A stretch of 64,000 nt of DNA from Alphaproteobacteria bacterium (lineage in GTDB: Bacteria > Pseudomonadota > Alphaproteobacteria > JBFXJJ01): positions 1 to 64,000 of the forward strand of contig JBFXJJ010000011.1 of the NCBI GenBank assembly GCA_050175015.1, in the 5' to 3' direction. The translations under genes were made by a program, and so were the position numbers. Of this stretch, positions 1-8,166 are shown one piece after another. Position 1 is the first letter of the stretch. Every line of letters begins with the position of its first letter. Below the pieces are notes generated by a model. That model did not search any database and was not told where the DNA came from. It saw nothing but the letters and a program-made list of their open reading frames with translations.

Positions 1-1
1 A

Positions 2-3000
2 TATCCTAATAAAGGTTATTCTCAATCTTGCACCACACATTGGGAATGCGGGGCAGAAGGCAGCGGTATGCAATGTTATGATGGCTCCTGTGTGGCTTGC
101 CCGTCGACGGTTGTCTCTGGACTGCATGAAACGGATACCGTGAAAGCATCTACTTGTGGAACTTGCCCATCTTATGCGCCTTATTATCGTGGTTCAAGCT
201 GTGTCCCTTGCTCTAACAGCACCACCTATTGGACAACAACTGACAACAATACCATTTCTCCCCCTAGCGTCCTTGGCTGCCGAGGTTACTGCAAAAGTTA
301 TTCTTGCCAAGTTAGAAGCTATAACGATACATCTGCTCATATTTTAACTCGTTGTCCTGTTGGTTATAAACCGCCATCATCTTGGACGACGACACTTGCT
401 GACTGCAGCGAGTTTTGCCCTACAGATGAAGGCTCTGCCAAATGTGGAACCTGCCCTCCACACAAGCCATATTTCCGCAAAAAATCAGAAGAAAATTCCA
501 AAGGCCCTCTTGACCAGTATTTCTGTACCTGTTGCAATATGAAAGATGAACTTACTGATGGCACTTGTCCAGAAGGAGGGACGTGCGAAGATTTTATCTA
601 TAACGGTCCATCTTGTGAAGACGACTATGACTGCGGTTCCCAAAATGGATATGAATGTGTTGATAATCAGTGTGTTGAATGTGACACTTCGTGGACACTT
701 ACAACATCAGCTAGTTCTATAATAGATCATACAGGAGAAAAAACCTGCGGAACTTGTCCGCCTCACGCTCCATTCTGGAGATATGATGACCACTCGCATT
801 CAGGGTGGGATCAATTTGCAGGCTGTGTTCCGTGTTCTGCCCCTAAAAGCACAGGAACATCAAGCACTTACTATGCCTACTATTATCCTTTTAACAACTC
901 ATCTTTAACCCAAAGCGATGATGATTTGCCTGGGTGCCGTGGACGATGCGGCTACTCTGGAGCAAGCATTCCTGGACAATATGCAGGCAGTCAGTGGTCT
1001 TGTTCTTACGGTAAAGTAAGCAGTAAAATTTATCGCTGTCCCATTGGTTATCAACTGCCGTCAACCTTACCGACTTCTTGGACTAAATGCACCGAGCTTT
1101 GCTCAACAGGAGATGGTGCGGCCAACACTTGCAGCACCTGCCCTGATAACAGACCTTATTATCGTGTAAAATCTACGGGTGAATATTTTTGCTCTTCTTG
1201 TCACTCTGAAAATGGCAGCAGCGATTTCTGTTCAGAATGCGGTACGAATTATGTCTGTTTAACTTGTGGTTCTAATTTTGAATCTGATGGTAACGGTGGT
1301 TGTCAATGTGCCAACCATTTTGCGTGTGGTGCCGAAGGCAGCGGCAGAGAATGCGTTAGTGGTAAATGTGTTGATTGCTCTAGCAGCAATGTCGCTGGAC
1401 TTCACGAATTAGCCGCAGTTAAAGCTTCTGTTTGTGGAACTTGCCCTAGTCACAAGCCATATTATAGGTCAGCTTTTGGAGGCTGTTCTGCCTGCTCAAA
1501 TAGCGCAAACCTTATCGTTATTACGGATAACAATTCTATGCCGCCTTCTGATGTTAGGGGTTGTAGAGGATATTGCTATTCTTGGGCTTGTAAAATAAAA
1601 AGCTATAATGACACCTCTGCCCACATTCTAATGCGTTGCCCTGTTGGATTTCAGCCACCAGCTACTTGGACAACCACGTGGACGGAGTGCAGCAATCTTT
1701 GCCCAACAGAAGATAACTCTGCAGTATGCGGAACCTGTCCTCCTCACAAGCCTTATTACCGCAAAAAAGCAACAACAAAATCAACAGGACCAATAGATCA
1801 GTATTTCTGCACTTGCTGTCAAGCGAGCTCTACCAAAGGATCAGCCTGTCCTTCTGGAGGAAGCTGTATTAACAATGAATGGGTAAAAAACTGTGAAAAC
1901 AACTATGATTGCGGCGCTCAAAGCGGTTATGAATGTGTTGATGGCAAATGTGTTGATTGTGATACATCTTGGACATTAACAACCACAGCTAGCTCTATAA
2001 TAGATCACTCTGCTCAAAAAACCTGTGGAACTTGTCCTCCTCACGCTCCATTCTGGAGATATGACGATCATTCTCATTCTGCTTGGAGCAATTTTGCAGG
2101 CTGTGTTCCTTGCTCAGCGCCCAAAAGCACAGGAACATCAAGCACTTATTATGCATACTATTATCCATTTAACAATTCATCTTTAACCCAAAGCGATGAT
2201 GATTTGCCAGGCTGCCGTGGACGTTGCGGTTATTCTGGAGCAAGCATTCCTGGGCAATATTCAGGCAGTCAATGGGCTTGCTCTTATGGCAAAGTAAGCA
2301 GTAAAAATTACCGCTGTCCTGTTGGCTATCAAGAACCATCTACTATGCCAACCTCTTGGACTAAATGTACAACACTTTGCTCAACAGTAGATGGTGAAGA
2401 AAACACTTGCAACTCTTGTCCTGCAACAACGCCTTACTATAGAGTTAAATCTAATGGTGAGTACCTATGTTCATCTTGTCATACCCCCAACACTGGCAGT
2501 GATTATTGCGGAACTTGTGATGCAAATTATGTATGTACTAGCTGTCCTGAGAACTTTGTTTCAGACGGAAAAGGAGGTTGTAAATGTTCCAACCACTTTG
2601 CCTGTGGAAACGAGGGAAGCGGCAAACAATGCGTCGACGGCGTTTGTGTCGATTGCCCTAGTGCTAATGTTGCAGGATACCACGAAACTAGTGCTGTAAA
2701 AGCATCAACTTGCGGTACTTGCCCCAGTCATTCCCCATTTTTCAGAGTAAATACTCTGATAGCTGGTGGTCGGGGTTGCGTTCCTTGCTCAACCAATAGC
2801 GCGGGTTATTGGGTCTATCAAGCAAGAAACGCGTTAACTCAGCCCGAAAATCTTGGCTGTAGAGGTTACTGCTACAAATATAAATGCCGAAGATATGCCT
2901 ATAATTTTAACAATTATCACAATATAACACGCTGTCCTGTTGGTTTTGTTCCACCGTCTCCTTTTTCGACTACGTGGACTGACTGCACAGCTCTGTGCCA

Positions 3001-4786
3001 AACTGAAGATGATACAGGAGGCTGCGGAACCTGTCCTTCTTACAAACCTTATTATCGTAAAAAGGCAACAACCAAATCAACGGGGCCAGTAGATCAATAT
3101 TTCTGCACTTGTTGCCGTAAATCTAGCTCAACAGATGGCAGTTCCTGTCCTGAAGGTGGAGAATGCACCGATTACGAATGGAGCAAAAGCTGTAATGATG
3201 ATTATGACTGCGGCGCCCAAAGTGGCTATGAATGTGTTGATAAACAATGCGTTGAATGCAGTACTACGTGGACACTAAGTAATAGCAGAGGCGGTATTAT
3301 TGATCATACTGGAGAAAAAACCTGTGGAACCTGTCCTCCTCACGCCCCATTTTGGAGATATGATGACCACGCTCACATTGCGACTCAAGGCAGCCCTGTT
3401 GGAACCAATTGGACTCAATTTTCGGGCTGTGTTCCTTGCTCTTCTCCGAAAAGCACAGGAAATATATCAAACGATTCAACTACTTACAGATACTACTATT
3501 ATCCTTTCGATAACGTAAACTACAACCAAAGCAGTGACGATTTGCCTGGCTGCCGAGGACGCTGCGGCTGGTCTGGCTCTTCAAGCCTGCCGGGAAATTA
3601 CCCAGGAAGTATCTGGGCTTGCCATCAAAAAAGAGATGGCAGCAAAATATATCGCTGTCCTGTTGGTATTGTGGATGAAATGACTACTAGCTGGAAAAAA
3701 TGTGGTGCTATATGTGACACAAGTGATGGAGCTGACAATACCTGCAACTCTTGCCCTTCGTATGCTCCATACTATAGAGTTACCTCTAAGGGAAAATACC
3801 TATGCGCAGAATGCCATACTCCTGGTGAACAAAATGGTTGTCCAACAACAGGTTCAACCTGCAATGCCGATTACGAATGTAAGGTTCTGGCAGAGGTTCC
3901 TGATTTATGTACCTATGACAGTGATTGCGGAGAAGGTTTTAAGTGTACAGGAGATCCTAAATACTGCGCTGTGTGTTCAACATCTGAAAGTTGCGGTACT
4001 TGTAACTGCGGAACGTCTCAAAAGCCTGACGGTACGGGAAAATGTGTTAACAATAATAACTGTTGCACAGGAGCCTGCAACGTAGCAACAGGCAAAAGTT
4101 CTTGTGCTTATAGTGACCTAGCATGCTCTGGAATCCAACAGTGCCAAACATCAGGTATAAACGCTGGAACTTGTTGCAATGCGTATACGCCATATTGGCG
4201 CAATAGTGCCTGCAAACCATGCACTGGAACCAGTGGTCATACTGGAACTTGCAACACCCCAGGAATGATGTGCAACAGCAATTATGACTGTGTAAGCTGT
4301 ACCAGCTCTGATGCGGGCTGTATTGAATGTTATACTAATGCTGATTGTCCCAATATAAGACAATGCAGCAGTGGTCATATTTGCTGCCCTGCAACTAATC
4401 CTTATTGGAATGGTTCGGGGTGCGTTGAATGTGTTGAACATCGCCAATGTGCTTCTAATATCTGTCAAAATTATACCTGCAAAACACCCGAAACGATAGA
4501 ATGTGGAACAAATCAAATTTGGTATAATGGAACCTGCCAAGACTGCCCAAGCGGTTCCAGCAAAATTGGCAGTATATGTATCTGTTCTGACAATAAAATA
4601 TGGAATACCTACACTAACTCTTGTGTAACATCCGTAAAACGTGATGGTTTATCAACTTCATCAGGGAAAACTATAAATATGAATGAGCTAACATCGACAG
4701 AAGAAGATTCTGATGAAAGATACAGCCGCATCAAACGCAAAATTAACCGTATCAGAAACAGTGCCTATGAAGGTGTGGCCAGATAA
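2..4786 (+). CDS. Giant cysteine-rich repeat protein, 5'-partial (>1590 aa), probably secreted or surface-exposed
   Basis: The frame is open from base 2 (YPNKGYSQSCTTHWECGAEGSG-MQC...), so the ATG at 68 is internal and the true start lies upstream of the window. Cys is roughly 12-15% by eye, with many CxxC and EGF/furin-like spacings. Stop TAA at 4784-4786. Confidence 0.85.
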   Translation, partial: YPNKGYSQSCTTHWECGAEGSGMQCYDGSCVACPSTVVSGLHETDTVKASTCGTCPSYAPYYRGSSCVPCSNSTTYWTTTDNNTISPPSVLGCRGYCKSYSCQVRSYNDTSAHILTRCPVGYKPPSSWTTTLADCSEFCPTDEGSAKCGTCPPHKPYFRKKSEENSKGPLDQYFCTCCNMKDELTDGTCPEGGTCEDFIYNGPSCEDDYDCGSQNGYECVDNQCVECDTSWTLTTSASSIIDHTGEKTCGTCPPHAPFWRYDDHSHSGWDQFAGCVPCSAPKSTGTSSTYYAYYYPFNNSSLTQSDDDLPGCRGRCGYSGASIPGQYAGSQWSCSYGKVSSKIYRCPIGYQLPSTLPTSWTKCTELCSTGDGAANTCSTCPDNRPYYRVKSTGEYFCSSCHSENGSSDFCSECGTNYVCLTCGSNFESDGNGGCQCANHFACGAEGSGRECVSGKCVDCSSSNVAGLHELAAVKASVCGTCPSHKPYYRSAFGGCSACSNSANLIVITDNNSMPPSDVRGCRGYCYSWACKIKSYNDTSAHILMRCPVGFQPPATWTTTWTECSNLCPTEDNSAVCGTCPPHKPYYRKKATTKSTGPIDQYFCTCCQASSTKGSACPSGGSCINNEWVKNCENNYDCGAQSGYECVDGKCVDCDTSWTLTTTASSIIDHSAQKTCGTCPPHAPFWRYDDHSHSAWSNFAGCVPCSAPKSTGTSSTYYAYYYPFNNSSLTQSDDDLPGCRGRCGYSGASIPGQYSGSQWACSYGKVSSKNYRCPVGYQEPSTMPTSWTKCTTLCSTVDGEENTCNSCPATTPYYRVKSNGEYLCSSCHTPNTGSDYCGTCDANYVCTSCPENFVSDGKGGCKCSNHFACGNEGSGKQCVDGVCVDCPSANVAGYHETSAVKASTCGTCPSHSPFFRVNTLIAGGRGCVPCSTNSAGYWVYQARNALTQPENLGCRGYCYKYKCRRYAYNFNNYHNITRCPVGFVPPSPFSTTWTDCTALCQTEDDTGGCGTCPSYKPYYRKKATTKSTGPVDQYFCTCCRKSSSTDGSSCPEGGECTDYEWSKSCNDDYDCGAQSGYECVDKQCVECSTTWTLSNSRGGIIDHTGEKTCGTCPPHAPFWRYDDHAHIATQGSPVGTNWTQFSGCVPCSSPKSTGNISNDSTTYRYYYYPFDNVNYNQSSDDLPGCRGRCGWSGSSSLPGNYPGSIWACHQKRDGSKIYRCPVGIVDEMTTSWKKCGAICDTSDGADNTCNSCPSYAPYYRVTSKGKYLCAECHTPGEQNGCPTTGSTCNADYECKVLAEVPDLCTYDSDCGEGFKCTGDPKYCAVCSTSESCGTCNCGTSQKPDGTGKCVNNNNCCTGACNVATGKSSCAYSDLACSGIQQCQTSGINAGTCCNAYTPYWRNSACKPCTGTSGHTGTCNTPGMMCNSNYDCVSCTSSDAGCIECYTNADCPNIRQCSSGHICCPATNPYWNGSGCVECVEHRQCASNICQNYTCKTPETIECGTNQIWYNGTCQDCPSGSSKIGSICICSDNKIWNTYTNSCVTSVKRDGLSTSSGKTINMNELTSTEEDSDERYSRIKRKINRIRNSAYEGVAR
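47..3885 (+). repeat. Three tandem intragenic repeat units of about 426 aa, each made of two related half-units
   Basis: The anchor CG[AN]EGSG starts at 47, 1325 and 2603 (spacing exactly 1278 nt). The second half-unit, C[EN][DN][DN]YDCG, starts at 614, 1892 and 3191. Confidence 0.9.
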
Positions 4787-4934
4787 TGAGGACATTTTAG
4801 GAAAGATGATAATGAAAATGTAGATACATTTAACAAATTAGAGCAAACACCTAACTAATGGTGAAGCTAAACAATATTTAAAGAAAGGAGGTGCCTTAAT
4901 TATAACTTTGCAAGAATAACAAAACCCTGACGAA

Positions 4935-4969
4935 AAAACGAGGAAGCTTTTTAATTACTTCCTCGTTTT
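4935..4969. terminator. Intrinsic terminator, probably bidirectional, between convergent genes
   Basis: Perfect 12-bp inverted repeat AAAACGAGGAAG-N11-CTTCCTCGTTTT, with A and T runs at its ends. Confidence 0.75.
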
Positions 4970-5112
4970 CTCTGTTTACTAGTTTATGCAAGAAAAGTCT
5001 ATGCAACTGGCAAAATACAATTTTTATTTTCCAAACTGCCAATAATAACTAAAAAATATTATTAAATTATATAGAGTTTTAGAAAAACAAATTCCTTTAA
5101 TTTATCACCTAA

Positions 5113-5988
5113 TTAAATACCATATTCATTAAAAATATCATTCTCAAAATCCTGAGCAAACCATCTTTGAGCTTGCTCCCATGCCTCATTGATTTTCCGC
5201 ATTTTCTCTTCATTACCATCACCACTATCTGGGTGCATTGCCTTAGCAAGGCTGCGGTAAGCTTTTTTTACATCTTCAATCGTATCACCTTTAGCATACG
5301 GAATATATGCCATCCACTCATTGTCTGGAGACAATTGATATTGTTTTTGTTTCCGCAGCAAATCATCATTTCTGATTTTTTGAATATCAACCAATTTTTT
5401 TAGTTGTTCATTTATATTCTTTAACTGCTCATTTTCTTGAAGCAGAACCTTAGAAACAGCATCTTCAGCTCCAAAATCGGCATCATCAAAATAAGATTTT
5501 TCAGTCCTAACCCTGTCTATTTCTTCTGCTAAATTTAGCTTTTCTCGTCTTAACATTTCGCAGACTTTTTTCAAATTATTATTTTCTGACACAAGCAAAT
5601 CAACACTGTCTTTATGTCTCTTTACTCTTGCCCTAAGCCCTTTCAGCTCCATTTCAGTACGAGCAATATGAGCTTCCTTTTCAGCATCGAACATTCCACG
5701 TTCACGGTTAAATGCCCGAGCTTTAGCTAAATCGTCCCTAGCATCTTCAAGTTCTTTGCCATTTACATAAAAAGCAACAAAAACGAACAAGAGTAAAATA
5801 AAAATACTGCCAGCTACACTAAGCAAACCATTAAAAGTTATTTTGTCTGTAAGAAAAAGAACTAAATTTACAATAACAATATCAGCAATTACAGCAAGAA
5901 TACTGTACCTTCCACGAGGCACAAAATCAAAAATACTTGGCCTGAAAGATTTATTATACTGCAATATTCCGTTTATTATTGTAAACAA
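5113..5988 (-). CDS. Membrane-anchored coiled-coil protein with a C-terminal J-domain (class III DnaJ-like)
   Basis: Two N-terminal hydrophobic helices, a long heptad-rich middle, and C-terminal KKAYRSLAKAMHPDSGDGNEEKMRKINEAW containing the HPD motif. Confidence 0.75.
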   Translation of the reverse strand: MFTIINGILQYNKSFRPSIFDFVPRGRYSILAVIADIVIVNLVLFLTDKITFNGLLSVAGSIFILLLFVFVAFYVNGKELEDARDDLAKARAFNRERGMFDAEKEAHIARTEMELKGLRARVKRHKDSVDLLVSENNNLKKVCEMLRREKLNLAEEIDRVRTEKSYFDDADFGAEDAVSKVLLQENEQLKNINEQLKKLVDIQKIRNDDLLRKQKQYQLSPDNEWMAYIPYAKGDTIEDVKKAYRSLAKAMHPDSGDGNEEKMRKINEAWEQAQRWFAQDFENDIFNEYGI

Positions 5989-6018
5989 TTCTTAACCTTT
6001 TTAAGCAAAAATAATAGT

Positions 6019-6034
6019 TGGCATACTTGTTGCA
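6019..6034 (+). promoter_or_regulatory. Sigma-54 (-24/-12) promoter upstream of usg
   Basis: TGGCATACTTGTTGCA matches TGGCAC-N5-TTGCW with exact GG-N10-GC spacing. It lies about 50 nt upstream of the usg ATG, which has a strong SD (AAGGAGG). Confidence 0.7.
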
Positions 6035-6085
6035 TAACACATAAATAAGCCCCTTTCTAGACCCCATTTTTAAAAGGAGGTTATT

Positions 6086-6349
6086 ATGAGTGATTTTGAA
6101 GACACTTTAAAAGGCTATCGGTTAACAACCGTTGAAATTGTATACCATCTCCCAGACCATCCAAACATCTTGCAAGTTTTTATCTGGCAATTATATGACA
6201 TTGCCCCGTCTTATCCAAGACTAAAAAAATTCTTAGATTTTTGGAGCAAAAACATTGAAGGTTCGCTTCATTCAATAAAAGTAGCAGGAAAAGAATTGAT
6301 AACTCCTTCAGACTTTCGCTTTGCCGATGCCTATATAAACATTCAATAA
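6086..6349 (+). CDS. usg: Usg family protein
   Basis: Typical Usg signature GYRLTTVEIVYHLPDHP..LQ.FIWQ.YD.AP.YP.L.KFLDFW...IEG.LHS. Confidence 0.85.
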   Translation: MSDFEDTLKGYRLTTVEIVYHLPDHPNILQVFIWQLYDIAPSYPRLKKFLDFWSKNIEGSLHSIKVAGKELITPSDFRFADAYINIQ

Positions 6350-6385
6350 TTTTAGGAGTACAGGCTATGACTAAATTAAAAGAAT

Positions 6386-8161
6386 TTAATGAGAATCTGC
6401 CAAAACACCAAAAACATCTTGTTGGCATTCTGCCCCCTGAAGATGAATCTTGTGCCACAGTGCATAGAACAAGACAGACCAAAGAACAAATCCGTTTTTT
6501 CTATCTGTATTTGCAAACAGTTCCTGAACCGCTTTTGGCTCAAACAGCTTATTTATACCGTCTTGTTCTGCTACCAACTTACCAAGCCTATCTTTCTCTG
6601 TAAAAATCCAGTCGAAGACAGGAACGGTAAAACCTTTTTTATGGGCAAAGGCATCAGCTTGCGGCAATCTGTCATTAAGCCATTTTCTGAGAAGCCATTT
6701 GCCCTTACCTCTTTTTATCTTGAGGTTGTCTGGTAGAGAAAACGCAAAATTTAAAACATTTTTATCCAAGAAAGGAACTCGTCCTTCAACAGCATTGCGC
6801 ATTAGACAGCGGTCAAGTTTGTTAAGCAAATCATTAGGAAGCCAGTCTTGGCAGTCAATCGCTTGGACTTTCTGAAGCTTGGAAAAATGCTTGTCCGAAA
6901 CATATCTTTCAGATGCCGCAAAACCTTGCCGCCAAGTTTTATCTAAAAACAGTTGATGCTCTTTCTTAAAAAGATTTTCCAAACCATTAAAAGTGCCTTT
7001 GCGCCTCATTTGTTTTGCAAACAATGGTCTAATAGCTGAACGATAGCGTCCATAGCCGCCAAAAATTTCATCACCACCCTCACCTGAAAGGATAACCTTT
7101 AATGATGAACCTGCCTTTTTAGCCAGCATAAAAGTTGGAATGGTTGCATAGTCGGCACAAGGATCGTCCATAGCATTAACCACAGAAGGTAAAATATCAA
7201 AAAAATCTTTTGAAGTTATCTCTATTTCTTCGTGCTTAGCTCCAACAATCGAAGTTATAAGTTTTGCCTGCTCTCTTTCATCGTGAACAGAGGTTTTCGG
7301 AAAACCTGCGGTAAAGGCTTGAACAGGAGTATCGTTAAGCTGAGACATAAGCCACAACAAAGATGTTGAATCTATTCCCCCAGATAAAAACATTCCAAAA
7401 GGGACATCGGCTCTTTGGTGAAACTCAACACTTTCCAAAAGAATTTCATCTAACTTTAAAAGAGCCTCTTCTTCGCTTAAATCTGCAACAACTTTCTCGG
7501 GAAAAATGTTATTAACCGTACTACTTTGAATTTCGCCATTCTTGATAACTAAAAGTTCTCCAGGAAGAAGACGTTTTATATCATTAAAAACGGTTTTTCT
7601 GCCCGTTGTAAACTGAAGCTGCATTAATTCCAAAGTAACTTCATCATTAATATTATTCCCAACCAAACCCGTTGCGATAATAGCTTTAGGCTCAGAGGCA
7701 AAAACAAAACCTTTATCAGTTTCAGCATAATAAAGAGGCTTAATTCCAAACTCATCTCGGGCTATAACTAAAGTATCTTTATCCCAAATTGCAAAAGAAT
7801 ACATACCTCTAAGGTATTTAGTTAAATCGGTGCCGTATTTGCGCCACAAAGCAAGCGGAAGTTCACAATCAGAATTAGTAGAAAATTGATAATCTGGAAA
7901 ATCTTTTTTTAATTCGAGATAATTATAAATCTCGCCATTAGCAACAATCACTGCACCATTAGGAACTGTTTCATAAATTGGCTGACTGCCACCTGCTAAA
8001 TCGATAATTGAAAGCCTTGTCTGAACAAGTCCTATACCCTCAGCTTTAAACTGACCACTGCCGTCAGGTCCTCTATGAGACAACGCATTTTTTAATGAAA
8101 GCAAAACCTTGTCGTCAGGTGTTTTTGAGTTTTTTGTCGCAATTCCTGCTATGCCGCACAA
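6386..8161 (-). CDS. asnB: Asparagine synthase (glutamine-hydrolysing) family amidotransferase
   Basis: N-terminal MCGIAG (Ntn Cys), plus HRGPD, NGEIYN, LSGGIDS and SGEGGDE motifs. Confidence 0.9.
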   Translation of the reverse strand: MCGIAGIATKNSKTPDDKVLLSLKNALSHRGPDGSGQFKAEGIGLVQTRLSIIDLAGGSQPIYETVPNGAVIVANGEIYNYLELKKDFPDYQFSTNSDCELPLALWRKYGTDLTKYLRGMYSFAIWDKDTLVIARDEFGIKPLYYAETDKGFVFASEPKAIIATGLVGNNINDEVTLELMQLQFTTGRKTVFNDIKRLLPGELLVIKNGEIQSSTVNNIFPEKVVADLSEEEALLKLDEILLESVEFHQRADVPFGMFLSGGIDSTSLLWLMSQLNDTPVQAFTAGFPKTSVHDEREQAKLITSIVGAKHEEIEITSKDFFDILPSVVNAMDDPCADYATIPTFMLAKKAGSSLKVILSGEGGDEIFGGYGRYRSAIRPLFAKQMRRKGTFNGLENLFKKEHQLFLDKTWRQGFAASERYVSDKHFSKLQKVQAIDCQDWLPNDLLNKLDRCLMRNAVEGRVPFLDKNVLNFAFSLPDNLKIKRGKGKWLLRKWLNDRLPQADAFAHKKGFTVPVFDWIFTEKDRLGKLVAEQDGINKLFEPKAVQELFANTDRKNGFVLWSVLFYALWHKIHLQGAECQQDVFGVLADSH

Positions 8162-8166
8162 AGCTT

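Noticed and set aside
47-3885. Long repeats as a diversity-generating retroelement template/variable pair, or as an assembly duplication
   Set aside because: There is no reverse transcriptase in the window. Differences between copies are not adenine-specific and include many synonymous changes and indels, so these are genuinely diverged in-frame repeats.
4784-4789. Selenocysteine or recoding read-through at the end of the Cys-rich gene
   Set aside because: The first stop is TAA, followed by TGA. I see no SECIS-like hairpin, and TGA is used as an ordinary stop elsewhere (slt, smpB).
4884-4893. Perfect Shine-Dalgarno AAAGGAGGTG suggesting a small ORF
   Set aside because: No properly spaced standard start codon with a meaningful ORF follows before the terminator.
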